From the NCBI GenBank assembly GCA_963767925.1, contig CAVYGB010000010.1, positions 928,001-992,000 on the forward strand: a stretch of DNA of 64,000 bases, written 5' to 3'. Each line of letters starts with the position of its first letter. Position 1 is the first letter of the stretch. Source of the stretch: an uncultured delta proteobacterium. Its GTDB lineage: Bacteria > Myxococcota_A > Polyangia > Fen-1088. Positions 33,674-45,570 of this stretch are shown here, in pieces. The position numbers and the translations under genes were made by a program. The notes beneath the pieces are model-generated. The model made no database searches. It was not told where the DNA came from and was given only the letters and a program-made list of their open reading frames with translations.

Positions 33674-33991
33674 GATGGCCCAGACTCTGTCCGCTCGGCC
33701 CGGCCCGCCCCATCCTCGGAATCGATGACCGACCGGGATGGAAACGATGATCCCCGCCGCGTTCGAGGCGACGCGGCGCTTGGCCTGAGCCCGCCACGCT
33801 TCCCGAGCGTCTGCTCCACCAGTCAGGCCCCAGGCCACGGCGACGTTGCCCGATGCTGGGCCTGCGTCGGGCCGGGCGGTTCGGCGCAGCTCTCCGCTGC
33901 TATATTCATCCGTGAGCTGTGCTCCGCCAGACGCGCGATCGATCGGACCAGACCACCGGAGAATCAGACGTGACCAGATGAGAGCTCACCG

Positions 33992-35544
33992 ATGAACCGG
34001 CAGCAGCCGGCGCTGGGGGCGTCCCTGCTGTTCGCGGTGCTGCTGTCATGCGCCCGGCTACCCGACAACTCTCATCGCAGGCCATCGCGGGCGTTCGCCG
34101 ACACGCAGAACACGACCCTCGGGCGCCTGGAGGCGCAAGCGCGCGAAGCCGCCCAGGAGCGGGGGGCCAACGGCTTTCTCATGCTGGGCAACGGCCTGGA
34201 TGCCTTCGTGGCGCGGACGGCCCTGGCCGACATCGCCGAACGCAGCATCGACGTCCAGTACTACCTCTATCACGATGACTTCATCGGTCTGCTCCTGACC
34301 AACGCGCTGCTGGTTGCCGCCGACAGGGGTGTTCGCGTTCGCGTTCTGCTCGACGACATGGACTTCGGCGGCCGGGATACGGGTCTGGCGCTGGTCAATG
34401 CGCATCCCCAGGTCGAGGTCCGCGTCTTCAATCCTTTCGATCGAGAGACACCTCGGACCGTTCAGTTCGTCTCCCGGATGGGTTCGGTCACGCGCCGGAT
34501 GCACAACAAGACCTTCACGGTGGACAACAGCGCGACCATCGTGGGCGGGCGCAACGTCGGAGACGAATACTTCGAGGCCGATCCGACGATAGCGTTCTCC
34601 GATCTCGATGTCCTGGCTCTGGGCCCGGTGGCTCGCGAGGTGTCTCAGTCGTTCGACGAGTACTGGAACAGCCCCCTGGCGTACCCCGTCGAGGTCCTCA
34701 TCGACCAGACGCCCTCTGCCCGAGCAAGTTGGCCGGGCCCGGCAGGAGGTGACACGGCGGGTACTGGCCGCGCAGGGCTCCGCCTACCTCCAGGCCCTGC
34801 GCAACTCCGACCTGGCGCGGAAAATGAGAGGATCGCACGGTCGTCCTGGCCCGGGGAGACGCCCAGGTAATCTACGATTCACCGAAAAAGCTGCAGCGTG
34901 ACCTCGGCGACACGAAGTTCCAGCTGCTTCCACAGCTCGCGCCCTATCTGGACGGCCTGCAGAGCGAGCTGACGATCTTCACGCCGTATTTCGTTCCGGG
35001 AGCGTCCGGCAGCGCCTTTCTCACATCACTCGTCGCGCGCGGCCTGCGGGTCCGGGTCCTGACCAACTCCCTGGCCTCGACGGACGTATCGGTGGTCCAT
35101 GCCGGCTACGCCAGATACCGGAAGCCGCTCCTGCAGGGTGGCGTCCAGCTTCACGAATTCAACCGGAAGAATTCCGGTCAGAGGACCTCGCCGACGAGGG
35201 GCTCTGGCTCGTCGTCGGCCAGCCTCCACGCCAAATCGTTCGTGTTCGATCGCAAGCAGGTGTTCATCGGATCGCTCAACGTGGATCCCCGATCGGTCGA
35301 TCACAACACCGAGGTCGGGATCGTGATCGACTCGCCCCAGATCGCCGAGGGGATGGCCGGCTGGTTCGACCGACACGTGGCCGACGTCGCCTTCCAGGTG
35401 ACCATCCGCGACGGCGAGCTGCTGTGGCAGCAAATCAAGGACGGCAAAGTCCATCAGACCTTCGATCACGACCCCCACACCAGCCGATGGATGCGCTTCA
35501 AGATCGGCCTCCTCGGCCTGTTGCCGATCGAATCGCAGCTCTGA
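33992..35544 (+). CDS. Phospholipase D family lipoprotein (cardiolipin synthase ClsC/YmdC-like), frameshifted at about 34720-34870
   Basis: Lipobox LLSC, SIDVQYY, two HKD motifs (RRMHNKTFTVDN and SLHAKSFVFDRK), GSLNVDPRS, terminal LLPIESQL. Confidence 0.85.
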
Positions 35545-35547
35545 AAG

Positions 35548-36772
35548 CTACTCGTGGCGCAGGGCCTCGATGGGGTCGAGCCGGGCGGCCTTGCGGGCGG
35601 GGAGGAAGCCAAAGACGACGCCGATGAAGGCCGAAAACGCGAAGGCGACGAGCACGATGACCGGATCGACGGCGAACGGCATGGCCAGCGCCCGGGCGGC
35701 GGCGTACGAGCCCAGCAGGCCCAGGCTCATGCCGATGATCCCGCCCAGCGTACACAGCACGATCGACTCGACCAGGAACTGCGTCAGCACCTCGCCCGAG
35801 AGGGCGCCGATGGCCAGGCGGATGCCGATCTCGCGCGTCCGCTCGGTGACCGAGACCAGCATGATGTTCATGATGCCGATGCCGCCGACCAGCAGGCTCA
35901 CCGCCGCGATCGCCCCCAGCAGCGCGGTCAGCACGCCGGTCACGCTGCTCACGGTCTGGGCGATCTCCTTGGTGTCCTGCACCGTGAAGTCATCGACCTG
36001 GCCAGGCTGGATGCGGCGGCGTTCGCGCAGGACCGCCTCGATGCGCGACTTGGCCCGGGCGATCGCGCCCTCGTCGGCGACCGAGACGAAGATCATGCCG
36101 ATGTCGGGGTTGCCCGCCAGCCGCCGCTGCAGGGTCGCCAGCGGCATGACGAGGAAGTCGTCCTGGTCCTGTCCGAAGGTGTTCTGGCCCTTGGCCTCGA
36201 GCATCCCCGACCACCCGGCAGGCAGACCGCTGCCCGACGCGCAGGGTCGCGCCCAGCGCCTCCTGCGTCGCCGAACAGCTCCTTGCGCACGGTCTCGCCG
36301 AGCACACAGGCCGGGCTGCCACCGGCCAGCTCGGCGTCGGAGAAGTCACGCCCGCGCGCGACCTCGAGTGGACCTGCACCTGGAAGTAGGCGTTGGTCGC
36401 GCCGTGCGCGACGGTGGAGCGGTTGACGCTGCCGCTGACCACCAGGACGCGGCCTGGTCGCCGTCGGGGCCAGGGTCGCCAGACGCCGTGAGCTCGTCGC
36501 TCGAGCGCGCGTGAGCGTCGTCGCGGCGGAAGGGGCGCGGCGGCCACGCTGACCGGGCCGCGCCGCTCGCGCGCCGGGCGACACCATGATGCATGTTCTG
36601 GCCCATGCTCGCGATGTCGCCGGTGACGCGCGCGGTGCGCCGATCGGCCGAGCGTGACCAGCGCGATGACCGACGCCGACGCCGATGACGATGCCCAGCG
36701 TGGTGAGCAAGGACCGCATGACGTTGCGGCGGATCTCGCGGATCGCCATGCGCAAGGTGGCGAGCCACATCA

Positions 36773-36773
<1 letters not shown>
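35548..36773 (-). pseudogene. MacB/FtsX-like ABC transporter permease, multiple frameshifts in the 5' half
   Basis: MRSLLTTLGIVIGV N-terminus and SLLVGGIGIMNIMLVSVTERTREIGIRLAIGA...ARLDPIEALRHE C-terminus. Confidence 0.85.
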
Positions 36774-37360
<587 letters not shown>

Positions 37361-37399
37361 ATCTCCGGCTGGGGCGCCGTCGCGGCGGTCGGCGGGGAC

Positions 37400-39801
37400 G
37401 GAGCTCAGCGGGAAATCCCACCAGCATCACGACGAGGTTGATGGCGAAGCCCAGGTTGGCCAGCTCGCCAATCGAGTTGAGCCCGGGATGGTCGGCCAGC
37501 AGCATGGCGCCGAAGCCGACCGCGCTGGTGAGGATGCCGCCCAGGATGGCCCGCGCGGTCTCCGCGTAGACCGTCACGAAGTCGGCGCCGGCGTCCTCGA
37601 GGCGGGTGGCCATGTGGACGCCAGCGTCAACGGTCACGCCAATCAGCACCGGCACCACGATCACGTTGAGGTAATTGAGCTCCATCCCCAGCAGGGGCAT
37701 GAGCCCGGTCAGCGCCAGGATCGACACCACCGTGGGTGACAGACAGACAAGGGCCAGCCTGACACTGCCGAGGGTGAGGGACATGGTCAGGAACACCGCC
37801 AGCAGGGCCGCGACCATGATCCGCGGCATCTCGCGGGTGACCATCTCGATGATGTCGGCCAGGATCATCGCCTCGCCCGCGGCAGCGACCCGGGTACCGC
37901 CGGCGGTGTTCACCCCCCGCACCTCCCGGGCGAAGTCCTGCACCTTCGAGCCGTCGGCGAGGTTGACGCTGGCGAAGACCAGCACGAACCCCGTGTTTCC
38001 GTCGCCGATACCCAGGAACTGGCGGCGCACGCTTTCAGGAAGATCCGCCCGTTCGAACGGCCGGGCCTCCACCAGGCGCTGCAGCCGTTCGAACTGTTCG
38101 CGGGTCGCGGGCTCGAGCTTGTCGGGCTTGACCCGGGCCAGCACCTGGGCGATGGACGCCATCACGGCCTGCTTCTCCGCTTGCTCGGTGGGGACCAGGT
38201 CGGTCAGCGCGCCGACGAAGTCGATGGAGGACGCTGCGCCCCGCTCCCGCTTGCGGCGGCCGAGCTCCTCGACGGTGGCGCGCTCGCTCTCGACGTCGGG
38301 GGTGAGCATCACCACCGGGGTCTGGGAGTACCCCAGCACGCGGTTGGTTATCTTGTCGAGACGGAAGGAGGGCAAGCTGCTGTCCTCGAGGGCGGCGAAG
38401 TCGTAGTTGAAGCGCACCCGGCCGGTGTCCCAGGGCGAGGACCGCCAGGCTGGGCCCCAGGATCGAGACCACCCCCCGCCGAAACCTCGCTCGGGCCAGC
38501 AGGCGCCCCAGCCCGGCGCTCGTCCCGGCGAGCAGCGGGCGGGCGGCCGGGCGCCAGCCGAAGCGCGCGCACAGCCCCAGCAGGGCGGGGAGCACCAGCA
38601 GGTAGGCGGCGATGACCACCATCATGCCCAGGCCGGCGATGACCCCGAACTCGCGGAACGCCCGGAACTCGGAGATGGCCAGCGAGAGGAACGTGACCGC
38701 CGCGACCAGGGCGGAGATCGTGGCGGCGCTGCCGGTGTGGGCAAAGGCGGCGCGGGTCGCGTCCTGCGAGTCGAGCCCCTCCCGGCGCAACGCTTCGTAG
38801 CGGCCCAGCAGGTGGATGCCGTGCTCGATGCCCAGGCCGCCGAGGATGGCGGCCAGAAAGCCGGTCAGCAGGTTGACGGACCCATAGGTGGCCGCCACCA
38901 GGCCGTAGGTCCAGACCAGAGCGGTCAGGACCGGCAGCAGGTTCAGACCCACCGCGATGGCGCTGCGAAAGTGAAGCAGCAGATACCCCAGCAGCAGCAG
39001 CAGGGCCACGGTGGAAGCCCAGGCCAGATCGCGCGCGATCTGGGCCTGCTGGTCGACCTTCTTCTTGTAGGTGCCGGTGAGCTGCACCTGGAAGTCCGGC
39101 CCGAAGCGCGACAGATCCTGCCGGGCGATCAGCGCCTCCACCTGCCCGACCACCTGGCGCGCATACGCAAGATCGGTGGAGTTTTCCTGCGGCTTGGCCA
39201 GCAGGATCACCATGCGCTCCTCTGCGCTCAGGTAGTAATCGCTGCCGTCGCCGGCCAGGCGCCGGGCGGACTGCTCGCCGTACCTGGCCTCGATGTCCGA
39301 GAAGTCGAGCGACGGCGCGCGCTCGTTCTCGAAGCTGATGTACATCGGGTTCTTCTGGCGGCGCTCGTATTTCTCCCGCGCGCGGATCCGGGCCTCGATC
39401 TCCTCGAGGTCGGCGACGGTCATGTAATACAGGGCCCGGTCGCCGAAGAACCCGCTCGCCCTCCGGTGCTCCACGAAGCGGATGCCCGGCAGCGCCTGGA
39501 TCTTCGGCGCCAGCTCGTCCGCGAAGCGCTCGAGGTTTGCCTGGTCGGTGCCGTGGCCGGCCACGGCCACGTAGCCGATGCCGCCGAACTTCACCTTCAG
39601 CTCCCCTAGCCCGGCGACGCTCTCGAAGGATCGGGGCAGGAGGCTGGTGAGATCGGTCTCCAGGGTCAGTCGCGACACGGGCCAGCCGCCCAGCGCGGTC
39701 AGGGCGGCGGCCAGCGCCAGGGCCAGCAGCGGCCGCTGGTGAGCCCGGGCCGCGAACCCCCCAAGCGCGCGTTGCAAGCCGGAGAAGATCCGAGACTTCA
39801 C
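37400..39801 (-). CDS. MMPL/RND-family membrane transporter, one frameshift at about 38434, 3' end fused to the ABC fragment
   Basis: Two RND-type halves: [14 protein letters not shown]...[10 protein letters not shown] and [10 protein letters not shown]...[22 protein letters not shown]. Confidence 0.8.
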
Positions 39802-39808
39802 CGCCCCC

Positions 39809-40447
39809 TCATCGCGTCCGTCTCACCTGCTCCTTGGGGGCGCCGGTGATGCCATGGCGGAACAGCTCCACCACGCGCGCGGCCGTCGAGGCGAAGGGCC
39901 GCTGGCCCGGGGAGCGGAGCCAGCGCTGGAAGAACGCCTGGCTCAATCCCCACAGAGCATAGGCCGCCTCCTCGTGGGTCGCGCTCCCCAAATCCCCCTT
40001 CCGGGCGTTCTGCTTCAACCAGAGCTGCAGGTGGTTGATGTAGGCGGCGTCGCCGTCGCTCTGAGCCTGCGAGCGGGCCGAGTCCCCGGGCCGCCCCATC
40101 AGATCGAGGCTCATCAGCGCGAAGAAGGCCTCCCGGCGCCGGTCCGCCCACTGGGTGTGGTGGAGGACGAGGAGCTCGAGGCGCTGAAAGAAGGTCAGGC
40201 TGGCGGGAAAGGTGAGCTCGAAGAGCTGGTCGAACTCCCTGGCCATCAGGCAGACCAGCCCGGAGAAGATGGCGTCCTTGCCCTCGAAGTAGGCATACAG
40301 CGATGGCGCGCTGTAGCCAGCCTCGCGGGCGATGTCCTGCATGGAAGCGTCGTTGAACCCGCGGCGCGCGAAGACCCGGGCCGCCGCCTCGATGATGTCC
40401 TGGCGGGTCCGCTCGACGTCCTTCTCCTTGCGCTTGGGTCTTGCCAT
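39809..40447 (-). CDS. TetR/AcrR-family transcriptional regulator
   Basis: MARPK...TRQDIIEAAARVFARRGFNDASMQDIAREAGYSAPSLYAYFEGK. Confidence 0.92.
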   Translation of the reverse strand: MARPKRKEKDVERTRQDIIEAAARVFARRGFNDASMQDIAREAGYSAPSLYAYFEGKDAIFSGLVCLMAREFDQLFELTFPASLTFFQRLELLVLHHTQWADRRREAFFALMSLDLMGRPGDSARSQAQSDGDAAYINHLQLWLKQNARKGDLGSATHEEAAYALWGLSQAFFQRWLRSPGQRPFASTAARVVELFRHGITGAPKEQVRRTR

Positions 40448-40472
40448 GTTCAGGAACCCCTGGGTTTCGATT

Positions 40473-40635
40473 AACCGAATCGTCGATAAAATAAACCCTC
40501 TTCGAGGCCGGCGCAAGCGCCGGCTTCACCGGGGCGAGCGGCCGGACGCCACGCGGCCCGGTTCGGGCACCGAATCCACCCCTGGCCGGGCTTGCCTCGA
40601 CGTGTTCGTTGGTTTATTTTATTTTCTGTTCGGTT
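40473..40635. promoter_or_regulatory. Pair of inverted 25-bp AT-rich boxes in the tetR/tolC divergent promoter
   Basis: AACCGAATCGTCGATAAAATAAACC (40473-40497) and GGTTTATTTTATTTTCTGTTCGGTT (40611-40635) are reverse complements at 19 of 25 positions. Confidence 0.6.
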
Positions 40636-40645
40636 CAGTGAACTC

Positions 40646-41437
40646 ATGACTCGCGACCACGCAGCACGCTGCCCGATGTGCCCCAGGAAGAGAAGCGCCG
40701 CCACGCTGGCCGGAGCCAGCCTGAGCCTCGCCTGGCTGACCGCGACGGCGTTCGCCCAGAGCGCTCCGCCGCCCGCGGCCGAGCCGCGGCGGGTCGGCGC
40801 CGAGCTGCCGATCGCGCCCGGGGGGCTCACCGCCGACCAGGCCGCGGCGCGGGCGGTGAAGGCGGCGCCCCGGATCGAGCTCGCCAGCGCCAGCGAGGTC
40901 AGCGCGGAGCGCAAGGCGGATTCTCGCCGTCGCCGGGTTCGCTCCCCGCCTCGAGCTGCGGGGAAGTTACAACCGGCTCTCTAAGCGTCGACCAACCCCC
41001 CCTCGTGTTCGGGGGGATGGAGATTGAGAACCCGTTTCCGCAGTTTCTCGACCAGTACGCGCTCCGGGCGAATCTCTGCATCCCGGTCACCGACTACTTC
41101 CTGACCGTGCTGCCCTCGTACCGCGGCGCGCGGCGAAGCGCGGTGGTGGCGGCGTTGCAGGCGCAGGCGGAACGGGGCGGCGGTGGCTCTGCGGGCTCGC
41201 GAGACTTTCTACGGCTATGCCCGGGCGCGCGCCGCTCTGGTCGTCGCGGAGGACTCGGTCAGGCTGCTGACCACCTACCTGCCGGACCTGGATGCGCTGG
41301 TGGCGGGCGGCGCGGCGACCCGGGCCGACCTGCTCGCCACCCGCGCGCAGCTCGCCGAGGCCACGACCCTCCGCCTGGAAGTCCAGGGGGCCCTGGCTGT
41401 CGCGGAGGCGATGCTGCGGCGGATGCTGCGGCTGGAT
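40646..41437 (+). pseudogene. TolC-like outer membrane efflux protein, 5' fragment with frameshifts
   Basis: Signal peptide ending AFAQ, GLTADQAAARAV, ALRARETFYGYARARA...GAATRADLL...QLAEA. Breaks off into acrB-like sequence. Confidence 0.65.
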
Positions 41438-41439
41438 GC

Positions 41440-44400
41440 GACATCGACCAGCTGCGCTCCACGAGCCTCGAGGGCGTGACGCAGGTGTTCGTGCAGTTCG
41501 AGCTCGGCGTCGACCTCGACACCGCAGCGCAGGACGTGCGCGATCGCGTCGGCGCGCATTCAGCAGCGAGCTGCCGACGGGAGCCGAGACGCCCGTGCGT
41601 CGAGAAGCTCGACGTCGGTGCGGCGCCGATCATGCAGCTCGCGGTCTCGGGCACCGCGCCGACCGAGGCACGCTCGCGGATTACGCGGAAGACGTGCTGA
41701 AGCCCGGCCTCGAGCGCATCAACGGCGTCGGTCAGCTCGAGATCGTCGGCGGCCGCGAGCGCGAGCTGCACGTGTGGGTCGACCCGAGAGGAGCTGCGCT
41801 CGTACGGCCTGACCGTGCAGCGACGTGGTGCAGCGCGCTGCGCGCGCAGAACATCGACGTGCCCGGCGGCCGCGTGACGCGCGGCAGCGAAGAGCTCGTC
41901 GTGCGCACGAACGCGCAGGCGCGCAGCGTCGAGCGAGATCGGAACGACCTCGCCATCGTCCACCGTCGCACGGCGCGGTCATCCGCGTGCGCGACGTCGC
42001 GCGCGTCGAGGACGGCCTCGAGGAGCAGCGCTCCATGGCGCAGCGTCGACGGCAAGCCAGCGCATCGCGGTGGTCGTGCGCAAGCAGTCCGACGCCAACA
42101 CCGTCGAGGTCGCCGACGCGGTGAAGGAGGAGCTGCCGGCGCTGCGAGCGAGCTCGCGCCGGCGGGCACCAAGGTCGAGGTGCTGATCGACAACTCGAGC
42201 AACATCAGGGGCTCGATCGAGACGGTGCAGCTCGACCTCGTGCTGGGCGCCGTCCTGGCCGTCGTGATCATCTTCCTGTTCCTGCGCGACTGCGCGCGCG
42301 ACGATGATCAGCGCGCTCGCGCTGCCGACGTCGGTCATCGGCACGTTCGCGTTCGTGAAGGCCATGGGCTTCACGCTCAACATGATGACGACGCTGGCGC
42401 TGTCGCTGTCGATCGGCATCCTGATCGACGACGCGATCGTGGTGATCGAGAACATCGTGCGCCGTCGCACGGAGCTCAAGGAGATCGCGACGCGAGGCCG
42501 CCTCCGCGGGCACCGCGGAGATCGGCCTCGCGGTGCTCGCGACCACGCTGTCGCATCGTGGCGGTGTTCATGCCCGGTCGCGTTCATGGAGGGCATGGTC
42601 GGCCAGTTCTTCTACGAGTTCGGCCTCACGGTCGCGTTCGCGGTGATGCTGTCGCTGTTCGTGTCCTTCACGCTGACGCCGATGCTGTCGTCGCGCTTGC
42701 TGCAGCGCGCACCACGCGGCGAGCCACGCGGCCTGTCGCGGCGCGATCGAGCGGGCGCTGCGCGGGCTCGAGCAACGGCTACCGCGCGGGTGATCCGCTG
42801 GGCGCTGCGATCGCCGGTTCATCACGGTCGGCGTCGCGGTGGTGGCGCTCGTCGGCGCCGTTCGCGATGGCTCCGCTGCTCGGCTTCGAGTTCATGCCCG
42901 TCGAGGACACGCGGCCAGTTCACCGTGAACGTCGAGCTGCCCACGGCACCTCGCTCGCGCAGACCGCCGAGACGTCTCCGAGCAGGTCGCCACGCAGATC
43001 GCGAGCGCGCCGGGCGTGACGTCGACGTTCACGACGGTCGGCGGCGGCGTGCAGGAGAAGGTCAACAGCCGCGAGATCATCGTGACGCTCGCGCCGCAAG
43101 GCGAGCGCGCGCTACCAGCCAGATCGAAGCGATGGCCTACGTGCGCCGCAAGCTCGCGGGCGAGCCGGACTGATGGTCGTCGGTCGAGCGCTGCAGGCGG
43201 TCGGCGGCGGCGGCGGCCGGCGACGCGCCGGTGCAGTTCAACCTGCGCGGCGACGACCTCGAGGAGCTCGAGGCGGCCGCGACCACGCGATGGCCGAGCG
43301 AGCTGCAAGAAGCGCCGGCGGCTTCGCCGACGTCGACATCACCTACCGCGCGGCAAGCCGCGAGCTGCGAGGTGGAGGTCGACCGCGACGCGCGCGGCGG
43401 ACCTCGGGCGTGCACGGCGATGCAGGTCGCCACCACGGTGCGCACGCTCGGTCGCGGGCGAGGTGGCGACCGAGTTCGAGCGCGCACGGCGATCGCTACG
43501 ACGTGCGCGTGCAGCTGCCCGATCGAGCTGCGCACGTCGCGCGGACGCTGATCGCGCGCGCCCAGGTGCGCACGCGCGAGCGGGCGAGCTGGTCGACGTC
43601 GGCACGCGTCGGCGAGATCCGCGAGAGCAGCGGCCCGAGCCAGATCGACCGCCAGGCGCGCCAGCGCCAGGTCACGGTGCTGGCGAGCCTGGACGGCAAG
43701 GCGCTGGGCGACGCGCTCGAGCGAGGTGGGCGCCATCGCGGCAAGGAGGTGCCCGCCCGACATCGACGCTTCGCGTTCGGCGGGCTACGGGCGAGATGCT
43801 GCAGGAGTCGATCGAGAGCATGGGCTGCTGGCGCTGTTGCTGGCGATCATCTGCATCTACATGATCCTCGCGTCGCAGTTCGAGAGCTTCGATCCACCCG
43901 TTCACGATCATGGTGTCGCTGCCGTTCGCGCTGATCGGCGCCTTCGGCGGCGCTGCTGATCACCGGCACATGCGCATGAGCATCTTCGCGATGATCGGGC
44001 TCATCATGCTGATGGGCCTGGTGACCAAGAACGCGATCCTGCTGGTGGACTTCGCGATCCAGCGCGCGGGCGGCGGGCGAAGGCCGTCGACCGAGCGCGC
44101 TCGAGAACGCCGGCGCGACGCGCCTGCGCCCCATCTTGATGACGACCGCGGCGATGATCTTCGGCATGATGCCGGTCGCGATCGGCCATGGCGACGGCGG
44201 CGAGACGCGCGCGCCGATGGGCGTGACGGTCATCGGCGGCCTCATCACGTCGACCTCGGTGCTGACGCTGATCGTGGTGCCGGTGATCTACACCCTTGTC
44301 GAGAGCCTGCTGGCTCGAGCAGGCGCGCTGTGGCAGCGGCTGCCCGGCGTTCGCCACGCCGACCCGGACGATTCGAACGGATCGGACGGCAGGGTGACAG

Positions 44401-44450
44401 CCAGGGAACCTGTCCGGGCGCGAGCCGACCGCCCGGATTCGCGGATGTGA
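41440..44450 (+). pseudogene. AcrB/AcrD/AcrF-family RND efflux permease, 5'-truncated, many frameshifts
   Basis: [77 protein letters not shown], GGLITSTxLTLIVVPVIY. Confidence 0.85.
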
Positions 44451-44740
44451 TCGCGCGGATCCTCGAGCCCAAGAAGGAGAGAGGCAGCGCGACCCTCAAG
44501 GCTGGAAACGAGCTGTTCACCTATCTCAGCAAGACCGGGCGCACCATCAAGATCTCCGGCACGATGATGGGTGCCTCCTGGATGGGCAGTCACTTCACCA
44601 ACGACGACCTCGTACGCGAGACCCGCCTGTCGGACGACTACACCGCCGTCCAGCTCGCGGCCGAGCCGCGCGACGGCGAGGCGGTCCACCGCTTCGAGCT
44701 GCGACCCCGGGCCCGGCCGCCCGGTGGTGTGGGGCAAGGT
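44451..44740 (+). pseudogene. Internal fragment of a LolA-like outer membrane lipoprotein-sorting protein
   Basis: ARILEPKKERGSATLK...IKISGTMMGASWMGSHFTNDDLVRE...VVWGKV, with no start and no C-terminus. Confidence 0.65.
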
Positions 44741-45314
44741 CGGAGGCGATCGGCTCGGCCCGTCTGATCAGCGGGTACTTCCACAACCGGGATCTGCCAG
44801 CCCCCCTTCCCGCTCCCCCCGACGATGGGATCGGCGCCTCAGTGTTTCGCCTGCTGCTCGACGGAGACCTGCCCTGGAGCCTCGATTACGAGGCCAACCT
44901 CTTTCTCGAGCTGTCGCAAGGGCCCCTCGACGCGGGCAAGGACGCCTTCGCGACCTCCGGATCGTTCACCACGCCGTACCGCAGCCGGTATCTGCAGTGG
45001 GACTTCTGGGGCGGTGAGCCGTGCGTGGCCAGATGGGGGTCGACCGCCTGGCCGCCAGTCGCGACTTCGGCCGGGTCGGCGTCACGGTCGGCCGCTTCCC
45101 GATCAGCTACTCGGTCACCTCGCTGTTCGCGCCCAACGACTTCTTCGCCCCCTTCTCGGCCACCAACGTCAATCGGGTCTTCAAGCCCGGGGTGGACGCC
45201 GTGCGGGTGAAGCTGGGTCTGGGGCCCCTGTCGGCGATGGAGGCGGCGGTGGTGCAGAGCGAATTCGGGACGGCTCCTCTGGCGGTCTTCCTCGAAGGCC
45301 GGGTGTCCTTCTGA
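44741..45314 (+). pseudogene. Fragment of a hypothetical outer-membrane protein
   Basis: VDRL...VTVGRFPISY...FAPNDFFAPF...FKPGVDAVRV in shifting frames; resembles beta-barrel proteins found next to LolA-like genes. Confidence 0.45.
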
Positions 45315-45570
45315 GAGTGCTTGACCGCGGCTCTTCGATGACGAGACCGCGCTGTCGCCTGTCGTTGCTCGACCGCAACCTGGGCCCGGATCACTGGCGG
45401 GCGTTGTCGCTCGAACACGCGCTGGAGCGCCGGCCGCAGCTCTGGAAGCGGCGGGGCCACCCGGGCCGGGCTCCGGCCAGCGGCAGCTTGGTCGACCCAC
45501 GGGGCCGGCCTCCGGGAGGGACGCTCATTTCCGCTCCCGACCTCCCCGGGCGTTATAGAACGACGGGGAA

